64,000 nucleotides of DNA. Source: Octopus sinensis (lineage: Eukaryota). Shown piece by piece: positions 63,601 to 64,000 of the stretch. The translations under genes and the position numbers were made by a program. The notes below the pieces were generated by a model. It was not told the origin of the DNA, did not search any database, and worked only from the letters and a program-made list of their open reading frames with translations. Position 1 is the stretch's first letter, and the number at the start of each line of letters is the position of its first letter. The DNA is taken from contig NC_042998.1 in NCBI RefSeq assembly GCF_006345805.1, forward strand, positions 86,366,001 to 86,430,000, read 5' to 3'.

Positions 63601-64000
63601 CTTCTTTCTTGTCCCCTGTCCCTCACACATGTTCATTGCCCAAGACCCCAACCCATTACATAAAGTTGGAAAAGGCTATGATAAATAAAATAGTCACTCG
63701 TTTTCCCATAGCACAGGAATATTTCAAAATGTTCTCTCTCTATGCACTTGCGGAGGAAAACACAAGCACATTGCCATTGATTTGAATGAAACTTACATCA
63801 ATGAAAATATCCTTTTCTTCCCTCTTTTTAAAGCCTAGGATCTTTATTTCTATTGAAAAGAAACCCATATATTTTGCTAATGATGCTTTTTTGGTTTAGC
63901 CTCCAGTCATCCCCAGTTCAACAGACCAATGAGTAAAGCCATGGCCATTCCATCATAACTTCAGAAGTAGTATAACTTGGACTAGTTTATCTAATGTGTC

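Overview
AT-rich, repeat-dense eukaryotic genomic DNA. It is most likely an octopus/cephalopod genome, inferred from the repeat families: RTE LINE 3' ends with (GAT)n tails, tRNA-derived SINEs with (ATT)n tails and very long TA/CA microsatellites. The only host genes I can support are cadherin exons. Seven minus-strand exons (34677 to 8012) splice with canonical GT-AG ends and matching phases into a 1961-nt frame encoding about six membrane-proximal-type EC repeats of a multi-exon, Cad87A/Cad88C/CDH23-like cadherin. Two further cadherin exons, absent from the ORF track, lie on the PLUS strand (47900-48019, 60662-60778). They splice to each other and look like an N-terminal EC2/EC3-type region. 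The two sets are separated by a 100-N gap (37327-37426), so this is either a head-to-head paralogue pair or one gene with a misoriented contig. The rest is mostly decayed mobile DNA: mariner/Tc1/maT-like transposons, RTE, R4/Dong-like (RLE) and Tx1-like LINEs, a Gypsy remnant with its 3' LTR, a CpG-rich solo LTR with clustered CRE motifs, a foldback-like element, Penelope-like inverted-repeat remnants carrying minimal hammerhead-ribozyme motifs, and SINEs. There is no CRISPR, rRNA or true tRNA gene. Coordinates of decayed repeats are approximate; exon, TIR, TSD and LTR ends were read base by base.
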